Assembly (NCBI GenBank): GCA_964016885.1
Contig: OZ024742.1
Location: 328,724,001 to 328,788,000, forward strand
From: Eledone cirrhosa
Taxonomy: Eukaryota
Length of the DNA stretch: 64,000 bases
Reading direction: 5' to 3'
The notes under the pieces were generated by a model. That model was not told where the DNA came from, did not search any database, and saw only the letters and a program-made list of their open reading frames with translations. Positions 30,528 to 44,441 of this stretch are shown here, piece after piece (the stretch's first letter is position 1; each line of letters begins with the position of its first letter). The position numbers and the translations under genes were made by a program.

Positions 30528-32618
30528 TAATGATACATGACATACCCTGCGATGTTAAATGGTTAAGATTTAATCTAGGTAGTGATTAACCTAAGAGAAA
30601 ACTCAACATTTATAGCCTAATAATGAGAAAATGCGAAAACGTAATAAATTCAATAGAGGATGTATGAGTAAGAAAAACGTTGCTTAATGTAACAACTATA
30701 GAGATTTTAAAATGTGGGATACTACAAATTGAGATTATCTAGGAAAACGTCTCTTGAACTATAACAGTTTATGAAGGCAACTGATAGAAGATTTAAAGAG
30801 AGGGAGATATAAAGGGGAGTAATATATGCAGAAAAATCTTTTTTTCTTTTTTTTTTTTTTCTTAAAGACTAAACGGTTAAGTTTCAAAATATTTAATTTA
30901 TGTTATTTTAAGGGTGAAGAATCAAAATTTTAAGTTTTTTAAAATTTGATGGTTATTTATATTTATTAATTTTATAAATTCTATAAATGTGTTAACATTT
31001 CTAAAATTCTGAATTTTATGAAGACAACATTTAATGGATTTACTTGGCCAGCGAAAGGAAAATTTACACTGTTGAACATTTTCTTAAATGTAATCTTTAA
31101 CGAACATTACCTATAATAATGTCAACATTTTCGGTATGTAAAGCTTATGGAAGTACTTATTGTTAGAAATATCTAAACATTTATTGTCAAGTAGTTAGTG
31201 TAATGATTAACGCAGAGTTTTCAGCCACTTATATATATATATATATGTGTGTGGAATTATGGTAATAAATTAATATTTGTTATATTATATTAAATTTCTA
31301 TATAAGTTCCACCTTCACGAGAGGAATAAACTCTAAATAATAAATATGCTATTGTACAATATGTCTATATTTGCACAAACTATATATTTTCACAAACTAT
31401 AAACCAAAACGGTAATTATGTTATTATACACTATAGATATATAAGCAAAAAAAACCCAAAAGCTGAGACATACGAAACTAATAATATGATTATGTTATTA
31501 TACAGATACACATATTTGCAAAAATAAAAATTAGGTATAGAGAGATATACTAAGTATTAATGAGCCAGTATACTTTTGGTAAATGATAACGAATATAAAA
31601 TAATAGATTCAAACATGCTAAAGTTAAATACATATATATAAATGAGTGTAAAGGCATGAATTATTCACAGTTGAAAAGTAGATAATCTAAAAATTTAAAA
31701 ATTATCTAAAAATTAGGTATAGAGAGATATACTAAGTATTAGAGAGACAGTATACTTTTGGTAAATGATAACGACTATAATCTTATATCAACCTTTTGAT
31801 CTCCTAAAGCCCGCATTTGGTGAAAAACTGCGTTTTTAAAGCTTTTCAGGTTTTTTTTTAGGCGTTACATCAGACCGATTTCCTTGAAATTGTAACTATG
31901 TATTAGTCAGTCTCTTCTTCATACCGTTAGCAAAGAAAATCCAACTTTTTTTATGGCCTAAGACCCGTATTAGGTGAAAAACTTCATCAAATAGTATTTT
32001 AATTGTAAAAGAATATTTGAGTTTATAACTCTATATATAATATTCTCGGCTCCATACGTAGAGCTAATTTTTAGTCCCTAAAAAACAGCTGCTATTTTTA
32101 GCGGCACGAGTATGGGACGAGCTAGGCGCTGTGACACATGTGCGTTCAACAACACATTTCTCTCAGTCTTCTTAAGTATTTTGAAGTGAAACTTATCAAT
32201 TTCTGTGTACCTGCAGAAGAGCACAGGAATAGGAACTTTCACTTAATTGTTGCGAAACAAATTTAAAATTTAAAATTTGTCCGGGTATCACGGCTATTGC
32301 CAATATAGATTTGTTTTTATTGATTTATTATTTTAAATCGAGACAGGCAAACCGTATTATTTTAATTAGTATTTTTCAATCTAGCTAACTTGGTCACTTG
32401 CAATGCGAACACATGTATACTTGTATCAGTGTTTATCCCTATCATATACTCATTTGTATTACACGGCTCGGAAATATTCCTTTCTTTGAGCTATTTAATT
32501 GTAAAAGACTATTTGAGTTTATAACTCTATATATAATAAATATATATATATATATAGGTAGAACACTGGAAGATAATATCCGTAGTGGTAGGGCACTCAA
32601 TCCATGGAATGAGTTTGG

Positions 32619-32692
32619 TAGAAGTGGTTACACAACCAGTTTGTTCTCCATACTGAGAACAATTCTTTCACCTTATGCAGTTCTTCAGCTCG

Positions 32693-32695
<3 letters not shown>
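32619..32695 (-). mobile_element. Solo 3'-terminal fragment of the PLE-3 family
   Basis: Matches 10681-10750 (AGAAGTGGTTACACA..GAGAACAATT..TTTCACCTTA..TCTTCAGCT). Ends in (TA)n. Confidence 0.8.
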
Positions 32696-32765
<70 letters not shown>

Positions 32766-33156
32766 AATTGACTGGGGTTGCGAGCGAGAAAGCGAAATTG
32801 GTGTTTTCGGATAAAAACACATACACACATACATATAAATTGATTGAAAAATAAGTTAGAGGGATGTGTATAAGAATGTAAATCCAAACAAGTGCTGGTA
32901 ATATTATTGCCTGCAACTTCGTGAAATATATACTAAATTGTTCAACTTCACTGATAGCAATCTATATTCCACCATTTTTCCTGAGTGTTGTATTGGAATA
33001 ATTCCAAGCCCAGGACATATCACATCTCTCAATAACAAACTGAAAGTGTGGGAAAGAACTGTAACAAATGTTTCCCTAACCTTTCTTCTTCACAAACAGA
33101 CGCCAGAGAGATGCATATATATATATATATATTATATATTAATATATATATTAGTG

Positions 33157-33365
33157 AAGGCGTGTGGCTGAGTGGTTAGAGAATTGGATTCGCAATCGTA
33201 AGGTTGTGAGTTCGATTCCTGGACCAGGCGACGCGTTATGTCCTTGAGCAAGACATTTTATTTCATGTTGCTTCTACCTGGAGTTGCGACCGATAGATAG
33301 TATTAGCAATTGGAAAGACCAACGGAAACATTGTTCCCTCGGTCCGATTTGACGAACGTCAATCA
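33157..33365 (+). mobile_element. tRNA-derived CORE-like SINE (family B)
   Basis: A-box TGGCTGAGTGG, B-box GTTCGATTCC, then GTCCTTGAGCAAGACATTTTA (CORE-like). Confidence 0.75.
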
Positions 33366-33374
33366 TTCCTTTTT

Positions 33375-33440
<66 letters not shown>

Positions 33441-33699
33441 TGTGTGTGTGTGTGTGAGAGTGTGTGTGTGTAAATGAAGTATTTCCGTCAGAAAGGTACA
33501 TGGAAAAAGAGTGCTTTATGTAGGCTACAGAATGTATTAGTTATGTAATAAACAACATAAGATAATTATTTCATTTACCAGTGGTAAATATATATATATA
33601 TATACATGTATATATAGTATTAAGGTGCAAATAAATTGCGTCCATGGGTGGTATGCCGAATAATCAGTCGATTCTCTCGGGGAGTCTACATGTTAAATA

Positions 33700-33787
33700 A
33701 TATCTGAGGAGGTTCCAATTCCCGAGTCAGGTTCGATCATTAATAGATCTTTCCTCGAGCTGCTCGACAGAGAAACATATGTAATAT
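33700..33787 (+). ncRNA. Hammerhead-like motif with expanded stem II region
   Basis: ATAT-CTGAGGA-(61 nt)-GAAA-CATATG-TA-ATAT. Palindromic stem III, GUA triplet. Confidence 0.55.
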
Positions 33788-33887
33788 GTAATAAAATATG
33801 TATATGAAACAACACTGATTCTTTGCTCCCTTATATTTTAATACTATATATATGTGAACAAATTCAGGGCCCCGACGGCTGAGCTGC

Positions 33888-33940
33888 GGTTGTTTTGACA
33901 GCTAGATCCGAACTGTTCGGATCTAGCTGTCGAAACGGCC
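33888..33940 (+). repeat. GC-rich hairpin with ~25-bp stem
   Basis: GGTTGTTTTGACAGCTAGATCCGAAC-T-GTTCGGATCTAGCTGTCGAAACGGCC. Confidence 0.85.
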
Positions 33941-35675
33941 TGAATCTTTTCAAATTACCCCCTGTACTACCCCAAATATCGAGTACTTTGGTGGGTCATG
34001 GTCCATCTGAATATATAGAGCATTGAACTATCTCTAAAATACGATACCCATTCTCCTCGTTATCCATATCAGTCACCTAAATAATATATGTTATCTTAAG
34101 GATTGGTAAATGGGCCAACATAGACTTAACATTACTTGCTCTTACCACATCAAGAAACTTACTAAACATTCATATTCTAGTTGTTGTCTACGCTCACCCA
34201 AGCCAAATACGTTATATGTTCTAGCATCATACGAATCTATCCAACGCATTATATATATTCACAACTGCCGTTATCTTTTAACGTGTATTATTGTGCGCCC
34301 CTCAGATGAGTACTCTAGTCGGCTGTCTGGTTGGCCTTAATGATAGTGTCGGTCCTGTATATATTCGTGACTGGGTGTTTGTGTTTGTGATTTTATGATC
34401 GATTTAGTGGGGGTTTGCAGGAGGGCAGACCTTTTAAGACAGTGTTGATTTATTTCTTTAATCCACTTAAATTAACATAAATCCCTGTACGTACTCCGAT
34501 CACGCCCAGTTAAAACACCCTTTTCACTCAGCAGTAATAGATGTGTAATTCAACAAAAGAAATATAACGCCACAGCGCTACTTTGTGATTGGCAGCCATT
34601 CTACACCTAATTTGTGCTTATTTCCGGTTTGACATCCCTCTTTTGTTTGTTCAGTTCAGAACTCTTTCTCATTCTCTCCTCTCCCGCAAACCCTCTCTTT
34701 CTTTTTTATTACCATTCTCACTCCACCCCCCCCCTTCTTATTTTTTTCCTTTCCAACCTTATCATTCTTTCCTAACCTTTTCCCCTTTCATTCAATCCCT
34801 GCACAATTCTACCACCCTCCCTTATCTCAACGTTCCCATCCCTTTCTCTGCCACGCATTTTACTCCTTCTTCTCCCCCACCCTTCTTTATCCTTCCCGAC
34901 CATACCCTCAATTTCCCCTTCCTCACCCATCCGTCTCTATCCTTCCTCTCCCTTGTCATTAAGGAATGTGTCTTGCGTCCTTTGAAAATAAAAAGCACCA
35001 GACGACCATTTCCTATTATTCATTTATTTCATTATATCGTTTTTCTTTTTCAATCATCTGATTTGTAAATCGTCACATTCTATATAAACAGCACACGTCT
35101 CATTCAGCTGCTGCCCTTGTGGCAAATAAATGTAATTATTATTATCATTATCATTATTATATTTTTTAACAATTTTCGAAGAATTTTTATTACTGCAGTA
35201 TTTTTGCATCTAATTTCATTCATGTTATTGTTGTCATTGGTAATGTTATGTTTATTGTTTCGTTGTTATTGTTGTTGTTGCTATTTTTGTTGCTGTTACC
35301 GTCATTATGGTCGTTGATGTTCTGCAATGTGCAGATTGCTGAGGTAAAGAATAAATGAAATAAAGCCTGATATCTAATTCTAGTTTCCTGTATAGGAAGC
35401 TGCATTTGCAACAAACTGTAAAGAACTGCTGAAATTTTATAAGCAGAGAGTGAAATACAAACAGACATACAAACAAAGACATGAATACCCCAGCTTCTAA
35501 TTTCTATACAATTGCCTTTTTAAGCCTAAACTCCGTTTCTGTTCAAAGCTAGACACGAATACTGTTCAGAAACCATGAACTCGGCATTATTTCGTTGGCC
35601 TTCTTTTAATATTCTCGCTCCGTTTGTGAATTAAATTGCTATTTTTGTTATGTAGGCTGAAGTCGAGGGTGAAGG

Positions 35676-35965
35676 AAAACCCGTGGTTTAAATGATATGG
35701 GAGATGGCTCATAATCGCAAAACCATGAGTTCGATTTCCATTGGGAAGTTATTTACTTCAGGAAAACACTATTTCATATTACTCTAGTCAACTCATTTGT
35801 AAAGAAAAAATGAGTTGCATCTGTTATTCAAATTAACAACTTTGTGTCACACTGTATCTCCCCGAGGACTACATTCAGTGTGCTGTGACTTTTCAAGGCT
35901 CAACCACATTTACGATAGTTTCTCAAGCAGGTTGTTAATCGAATCATTTGGAAAATCCCTCGTCG
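35676..35965 (+). mobile_element. SINE family B, degenerate; another copy at ~42790-43030
   Basis: CGTGGTTTAAATG.., GAGTTCGATTTCC, and 3' similarity to the 19477 copy. Confidence 0.5.
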
Positions 35966-36462
35966 AAATTGGCGGATGTCCAACACCAGCCACGAATCAG
36001 CTCTAATACAAAACATCTATGAAAGTATTCCAGAAACAACATCAATTTCTAGAGAATATATCCATGTCTTGGTTATCCTATATATACCTCAAATTTAAAG
36101 AGAGTTAGAAGAGGTTTTAGGGGAATTGTTTCATAAGAAAATCTGCCTCAATTTGTTGCATACAATAGTGAAACTTAATAGACATTTTACAAATTCGAAA
36201 CTTATTTCTTCAGTATTCTAAGTTCATAACTCACTGAAATAATGCAGATATTTTTTCTTTCACAACCAGATTCTTACCAATTTCATTTAGTAAACTATAA
36301 ACCCAACCCCTATAAAATAACTCTGTAGCAATGCGAGAAAAACAACAAAAACTCCATCTCAATTCTACTTTTGAAAAGCATAAGAACTGTGAAACCGGTA
36401 AAGGAGACAAATAATATTCTTAAAAAGGGTCTAGTAGCATTTTTTCGATTTTCGATTTCTTT

Positions 36463-36531
<69 letters not shown>

Positions 36532-36540
<9 letters not shown>

Positions 36541-38052
36541 ATATTTGGGGAGGGTCATATTTGCGTAATATTGCCAGAATTAATAACAGAACACACTCAC
36601 TGTTTGGTTGGTTTTCGCTTCTCGCTGTCTTTTATATATATATATCTGCGATCTAACTTACTCGGTCCTCAATGTTGCCATTGACTGACCGGCGGTCAAA
36701 AATAATACAGATACAATATAGACACAAACACATATATATATTTTACATAATTTACATAAATCTTTCGTTGCACATCTGCAACATCGTCAGTGGTGTTATA
36801 TTCATTGTTCCTCCTGTTGTGTTGTATGTCTACGCCATTTTTTTTGTTCAGTCTGTCTATATATTTATTTATTTATTTGCTTGTTTGTTTATCTTATTTT
36901 ATTTTTGTCTTCTTTGCGCATGCGTTTGCGTGTGTGTATAGTGTTATGTGTGACTAGTGTGTATAGTGTTGTGTCTGCTGGGTGACTAGTGTGTGTTTAT
37001 GTGCTTGTGTATGTATTTATTTATCTTATTTTATTTAATTTTATTTACTTATTTATACTTCTCTTAGGTCAGTGTTGTTTGTTTGGGTGTTGTTGTTGTT
37101 CCACTCATTCTTTCTGTTTAGCTTTGGTCTTCTAATTTCTATTTCACTGGCCTCTCTGATTTGCCTATCTGCTGGGTCATTCCTATGTTTAGATATTATT
37201 CTAATTTCTATGTTGTCTATGTTACCGTCATGTTGTTGTCTAGCATGTTCGTATAGTACTGACCCGTTTTTTCGTCCTTTTAGTTCCCCCCAGTGTTGGT
37301 CTATCCTTTCACCTATGCTACGAGCTGTCTCACCTATGTATGTTGTTGTCATGTTTCTGCAAGTACCCTCTGTACATCTTATGCTATAGACTACGTTTCT
37401 AGTTTTACAGTTTATCCGGGGGTTCACCTTACATATGATACATTTCCTATTGGTACAGTGGGTTTTCTTAAAAGGGTAGGTTTTGCTGATCAGGGATTTT
37501 ATGGTGGTTCCTGGCTTTTCTACCACCTTTATTTTTAAGTGGGTCTTTCTCAGGGCCTTTCTACACTGGTTAGCTAATATCCCTCCAGGGGTGGCGTCCA
37601 CAAACATGACACTCTGATATCTCTGGTTGTCGTACCATGATGTGGCCTTCCCTATCTTATGTCTAGCCCTATCTAAGCTATTCCATGATTTGCTCCTGTA
37701 TAGTGGGCAAATTCCTTTCATGTCCAGTTCTATGAGGGTCTTATACTTTTCCATGGCTCCTTCGTATACTCTGACTCTGTCTCTTTGGTTGTAGCCAGAG
37801 AACTGCATGCGGTTGATGAAGTGTTGGATGTGTCCTTCCATTTCTGTTGGGTCGCACATGCTGGACACATTCTTCATCACTCGTACCAAATCTGCGATCA
37901 GAATATTAAACTTAGAACTACTGGACATTGCTGAGTTTTTGAGTATCAGATCGCAGATATATATATATAAAAGACAGCGAGAAGCGAAAACCAACCAACC
38001 AAATATTCTGGCAATATTACGCAAATATGACCCTCCCCAAATATAACAATAT
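36532..38052 (-). mobile_element. Penelope-like element (PLE-5), 5'-truncated, with inverted terminal segment
   Basis: ORF 37053-~37945 encodes RT thumb plus CTNRKCIIC..NVVYSIRC..YIGETARSIGERIDQH..REASEI..PKLN. 37948-38052 is the inverse of 36532-36654. (TA)n at the 3' end. Confidence 0.88.
36755..36792 (-). ncRNA. Minimal hammerhead (PLE-5)
   Basis: CA-CTGACGA-T-GTTGCA GATG TGCAAC-GAAA-GATT-TA-TG. Confidence 0.7.
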
Positions 38053-38255
38053 CTGTTTCGACACACGATTTCATATAAAAAACCTCGCAAAACTAATTCA
38101 TCGCCGCTATATATATATATATGTTTGTGTATAGTGGTAGCTATGGTGCTTCCATAGGCGGTATGCCAAAATTAGCACTCGATATTCATCAGAGTAGAGT
38201 GTATAAATTATCAAGAAAACGAAAAATCAGTGATGCATCTGGACTTGGTTTATTT

Positions 38256-38346
38256 CGTGTTACAAATGTTTCGCCGGCAGGTAGCTCGAGTCATGGTCCT
38301 TGTATGGATCTGGCTGATTCTACTTCTGCAGGTTCTTTCAGACACG
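38256..38346 (-). ncRNA. Hammerhead variant with long stem II and one extra core nucleotide
   Basis: CGTGT-CTGAAAGA-(~60 nt)-GAAA-CATTTG-TA-ACACG. Perfect 5-bp stem I. Confidence 0.65.
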
Positions 38347-38935
38347 TCTCTTATGTCTTGAGCAAATTTTATCACTGGGGTGTTGTTATCAAAACAACCC
38401 CTCAAAAAACCTTCTTTCCACTCTTGTCATGCCATTGGCTGTTTTTACTCTACGTCATCACAAGTTCTGGTCAGTATCTTCTGCCACACGGTTCATCAAC
38501 TATTATCCGTCCGACATATGTCAATGGAGTCATGCTGTGTTCAGTAACCTCAAGCGTCTGCTCACACTTCAGAGTAAGCACCCACACATACTAGAATAAA
38601 CACATAGTAACACACACATATATATACTCAGGCATACACTTATCTATGCATTCACACCCGTACGCCAACATGCGTGGACACCCACACCGCCACATACTTA
38701 CATCGCAATATATATACTCACACACCCTCTCTCCCCTTCTCCCATGGGCCCAGTCACACACACTTGTTGATACATGCCGCCACGAGCCTTCTGACTGTTC
38801 TGTATCAATTGAGTAAGCATGTCATATTCAAACGTACACATATATACATATATACATACCCATGCGCGCACGCACACATACGGCCAAACTTCTATACATT
38901 TAAATATATACATACACATATATATATATATATAT

Positions 38936-39692
38936 GAAATTCACCCAGCTTATGCTGACCGGATAACCATGTTGCTTGTTTTTTTTTCCTATCTTCGGTT
39001 TGCTTTTATCCTTCTATGTTGTTTACTTGTCTCACTCGCTTTACGCGATTTACTTGTCCCAATAGCTTTTTTTAGTTATTGGTCGCACCAACCTGAGGTA
39101 TATGATTTTTAATGCGATGAAATACCAATGATGGTTGGCAAATCACTGACGAGGGACTAATTTTATAATATGTAACCCATGTGCAAACACGCAGTATTCC
39201 TCTTTCTTCTCATGTTTTTTTATACATATTTACCTGGCTGCGTTTGTCTCTTTCTCTCTTTCTCTCTTACTGCTCCCCTGTTCTCTCACCTTCTTTCGCC
39301 CCCTCTGTCAGTTACACTTTCTCTCGACTGACCTCTTCCTCGCCCTTCCAGTCACTCACTCTCTGTTTCTCCTCTTCTCACTTCCTCCCGTTTCGTTAGT
39401 AGTGGTGTCCTTTCTTGCTCACATCTCACTCATGTCGGACGGTCTGTATTCTGAACGCTCGTGAAATTCACCCAGCTTATGCTGACCGGATAACCATGTT
39501 GTTTGTTTTTTTTCCTATCTTCGGTTTGCTTTTATCCTTCTATGTTGTTTACTTGTCTCACTCGCTTTACGCGACTCACTTGTCCCAATAGCTTTCTTTA
39601 GTTATTGGTCGCACCAACCTGAGGTATATGATTTTTAATGCGATGAAATACCAATGATGGTTGGCAAATCACTGACGAGGGACTAATTTTAT
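38936..39692 (+). repeat. ~526-bp unit followed by a partial tandem copy (pLTR-like); inverted copy at 40630-41062
   Basis: 38936-39166 repeats at 39462-39692. 40640-41062 is the reverse complement of ~39018-39440. Bounded by (TA)n. Confidence 0.85.
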
Positions 39693-39840
39693 TATATATA
39701 TATATATATATGTATCACCATATATATATACACACACACGCTCATACACACGCATATATACATACATACATACATTCACATACATACATATATACGCACA
39801 TGTGCATACACAGATATACATACACACCTAGGATTTTTTC

Positions 39841-39893
39841 ATTCTGATGAATGAAAGTAAATATCGTTTGCTTTCAAGAAAACACTGGTAAAT
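39841..39893 (+). ncRNA. Hammerhead candidate in a ~100-bp orphan insert
   Basis: ATT-CTGATGA-A-TGAAAGTAAA TATCG TTTGCTTTCA-A-GAAAA-CACTGG-TA-AAT. Confidence 0.6.
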
Positions 39894-40483
39894 TAAACAA
39901 CTAACCTATGTTGTTCGTTACATAACTATATGTATATATATACATATACATACACACACACATACATACATACACACACTTTAATACACAAACCTAAACT
40001 CACAGGTGTCCACACACACATACGAACACATACGTACATAAACATTGCCTACACACATACCTACATACACACACATATATATATATACACACATATATAT
40101 TTTATATGAGTATATATATATATAGACATATACACACAAAAGAAAAAGAAAAACAATAAAGGACAACTTAACGCGCATACGCATATCCACCCAAATACAT
40201 AGAAATACCCATGAATAGGCCGAACTACATACATCTACACATTCGTGCGCATACCTGCTGTCGCATGCATACTCATGCACGCACGCAGATCTGCCTATCC
40301 ACACAGAAGTGCCACCACATATACATGTACATATATATAAAAACACACCTGTAAGTAAACAGTTGAAAATACATTATGCAATAAAAAACAGTATAATAAC
40401 ATAAAAGTGTTTAATAACATAAGAAAATATACAATGAAATATTAGATACAATGTGGTATATATATACACACACACATATATAT

Positions 40484-40591
<108 letters not shown>

Positions 40592-41279
40592 CCCCCTATG
40601 TCCGTATATATATATATATATATACACATGACCCCCTATGTCCGACGTGAGTGAGATGTGAGCAAGAAGAGAACCCACTACTAGCCAAACGGGAGGAAGT
40701 GAGAAGGGGAGAAACAGAGAGTGAGTGAGTGGAAGTGCGAGGAAGAGGTCAGTCGAGAGAAAGTGTAACTGACAGAGGGGGCGAAAGAAGGTGAGAGAAA
40801 CAAAGAGAACGGAGATGCAGTATGAGAGAAACAGACAAACGCAGCCGAGGTAAATATATATAAAAAACATGAGAAGAAAGAAGAATACTGCGTGGTTGCA
40901 CATCGGTTACATGTGATAAAAATAGTCCTTCGTCAGTGATTTGCCAACCATCATTGATATACATCGCATTAAAAATCATATAACTCAGGTTGGTGCGAGC
41001 AATAACTAAAGAAAGCTATTGGGACAAGTAAATCGCATAAAGCGAGTGAGACAAGTAAACATGGCTCACAATTGAACCGTTTGTTATAAAGCCTGAGCAT
41101 GATGATAAATGATACCTTACTCAACATGCCATGCTGTGCCCCCAATAAAAATTATATAAACAGCAGCAACAACAACAATATATATTCAATAAACAAAGTC
41201 TAAATCAGTAAACACTTTCTAATGAATTCATAAAATGAATTACAGACTAAATAGTTCACTGTTATGTTGATCGCTCCTG

Positions 41280-42010
41280 TTTTTCTTGGCCGTGTTGGTA
41301 GTGTTTATTTTGTTGTTATCATTGATGACAGTGGTGGTGATATTATTGGTAAAGGTGTTGTTAGTGTTGTTGTTGTTTTTGGTGATGTTAATAGTAGCAC
41401 TGTTGTTTCTTTTTCCTATTGGTGATACGGCTGTTATTGATGTTGCTGGTGGTGGTTATGGTGTTGTTATTGTTTGCGGTTATGCGGATGTTGGTGGTTG
41501 TGGTGTTGTGGTTGCGATAGTGGCTGTTGGGATTGTGGTGTTGTTATTGTTGTTTCTCATGAGATGGGTGGTTTTGTAGGCGTTCGTGCGTGTGGTGGTG
41601 GAGAGTAGGGGATTGTACTGGTGTTGGGGCATTTTGTTATTATGTTGGTAGAATTATTGGTGTTGTTAGTGTTGGTGAAAGTTGTAGGTGTTGGTGCTCA
41701 TAATTTGTCATTGGTGGTGGTGGTGGTGGTAGTGGTTGTGTTGCCAGTGGTTGTGGTGATAGGTTGTGTTGATGGTAAATTTGATAGCACTCATGATGAT
41801 AATGATAACGATGTTGATTATTATGTATATGAAGATGATGATAAGGAAGATTATGAGGAAGGGTAATATGAAGGGGCTGGTAGTGATCATGGGGACGAGG
41901 CTTTGAAAATTACGTTGCTGGATATGTTGGTGATGATGGTGATGAATGTGACAATATTGATGATACTGATGATGATGTCGAGGGCGATGATGATGAGATT
42001 GATGTCAAAG
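41280..42010. repeat. Degenerate (GTT/GGT/GAT)n low-complexity tract
   Basis: Imperfect trinucleotide repeats. The Val/Leu/Asp-rich ORFs are compositional. Confidence 0.75.
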
Positions 42011-42394
42011 ACGAAAAGCAGATGTGTTTAGGGTGACATTCACTACATACAGGAAATTAGACAAAACATCTAAGATATTTTAAATAAACCAATAAGATGG
42101 GGGCAGGAAGATAGAGGGGTAGAAGGTGTGAGAGTTAAAATAGAGTGTCGGGTGGAGGATATTGTATATAGGGCAGTAGGAAAAGCAAAAGGATCTATGT
42201 GTAAGGACATGAAAAGAAGGATGTGGAATCCAAGTATGAGGGAGTATTGGGCAGGAAAGCAGAGGTTTCGATTCGACTATAATTACATGATATAGACAAC
42301 CATTTAGAGTAGCTATCTGCATGATGTGCAGGGTTGCTTGAAACGGGTGGTTTACAGAGTTACACTTGTATCGAGCTGTGAGGTGTCTGTCGGA

Positions 42395-42473
<79 letters not shown>

Positions 42474-42600
42474 CAGCGAGATCGTATTTCGACCCCCCCC
42501 CAAAAAAAAAAAAAAAACGAAACGCAATCTTCGAGATAAGTCAGCAATCGCTCAATGGACTAAGAAGAAACCAGAGCAATTAACATGTGTTTTAAAGGCC

Positions 42601-42777
<177 letters not shown>

Positions 42778-43593
42778 AATGTTGGTGATGGCCAGTGGCT
42801 TATTGGTTATTGTTTTGAGATTGATTCCCGTAAACGGTTGGTACAGTAATATCTTGAGCAATACATTTTATGTCACGTTGAGGTGTACGAATAATTCAAA
42901 TAGCTAGCTGAATGTCACGTAGAAACACATTCAGTGTGCACGTGACTGTGGAATTCTCAACTTATTGCATATTAATTCATGAGTGCGGTGCACCATTGTT
43001 AGAAAGACTGGAATACTCGTCCACGTCATCAGAGCCGACCGAATTCCAACACTTATACACGCACACAGTATATATATATATTACTTATTGGAAAATTTAC
43101 TTTATAATTTTAATTCTGTGAGGCATGAAACGTATTTCGATAGCCCAGCTCTATCATCTGATAATGATGCAAGACTAGGCAATTTCATCATGTGTTATTT
43201 GCAGAAGTATGTAACAGGATTACGTTGAATCGAAACATACAATATAAGATAGGAGATAGAGAAAAAATATATAAGATAGAAATTAAATTTGGGGACAGCC
43301 TACTTATATAGTGTTATATCGATAGCAGACAATAATTTGCACCAACATTGGATAACACATCGACGATGGATAATTTGCGTATTGTTGAGGTCTATGATTA
43401 ATTTGTTGCATAATTGTTTACCAAACCAAACCACCTAACAAAAAGGATGTATACATATATATTGTTTTGGTCTTCAAAATTTAAATTTCTGTTTCTTATA
43501 TATATATATAGATATAGACAGATATATATATATATATTTCGTTTCTGAATTTGTTTAGCAAGATTCTTTATCTGAAAACGTGTGTTAAAACCG

Positions 43594-44441
43594 ATATTGT
43601 TATGCTTTGGGAGGGTCATGTTGCTAATAAGAAACGCACGTACCAGTCGTTTCACTTCAATTTATTATAAATTAAATTTATAAATTGACGAATTTATAAA
43701 TTTCCGGTTTGTTTGTTGGTTCCACAACCAGACGATTATTCAGATATTGTCAAAGTTCTTTCGTCACACATTCTGTGACCTCTTCAGTGACTGGGGATTC
43801 TTTTCTTTGTTTTTGTGCCTCTCCTTTGTTCTGTCCTACGCCATCTTGTTTTTGTTGTGTGCTTAGTTTGCGCATGTGTTACATCCGGGTGTCTGTGTGT
43901 GTTTATATTTGTTTATTTATTTGTTTATTTACATGTTATTGGTTGTTTGTTTGTACTATGTGTGTGTGTGTGTTTTAATTTTGTCCTTAGTTGTAAGTTG
44001 TGATGTTGCTATTCCATTCATGTTTTTTATTTAATTTTGGTTGGAGTTCATTTATGTTTATTGCCTCTGTGATTTGTCTAAACATTGCGTCTTTTCTGTG
44101 TGTAGATTCTATTTTTATTTCTATGTTCTCTAATTTACCCTTAGATTCTACACCCGGATGTAACACATGCGCAAACTAAGCACACAACAAAAACAAGATG
44201 GCGTAGGACACAACAAAGGAGAGGCACAAAATCAAAGAAAAGAATCCCTAGTCACTGAAGAGGTCACATAATGTGTGACGAAAGAACTTTGATAATATAT
44301 GAACAATCGTCTCGTTGTGGAACCAACCAACCAACCGGAAATTTATAAATTCCTAAATTTATAAATTTAATTTATAATAAATTGAAGTGAAAGCAACTGG
44401 TGCGTGTGTTTCTTATTGGCAACATGACCCTCCCAAAGCAT

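Noticed and set aside
33157-33230. tRNA gene
   Set aside because: A and B boxes are present, but there is no cloverleaf and the sequence continues into a SINE body.
37946-38090. N-terminal ~48 aa of the 345-aa ORF
   Set aside because: Read-through from the inverted terminal segment, not PLE protein.
41286-41866. Hydrophobic membrane-protein-like ORFs
   Set aside because: Derived from degenerate (GTT/GGT)n repeats; no domain or splice evidence.
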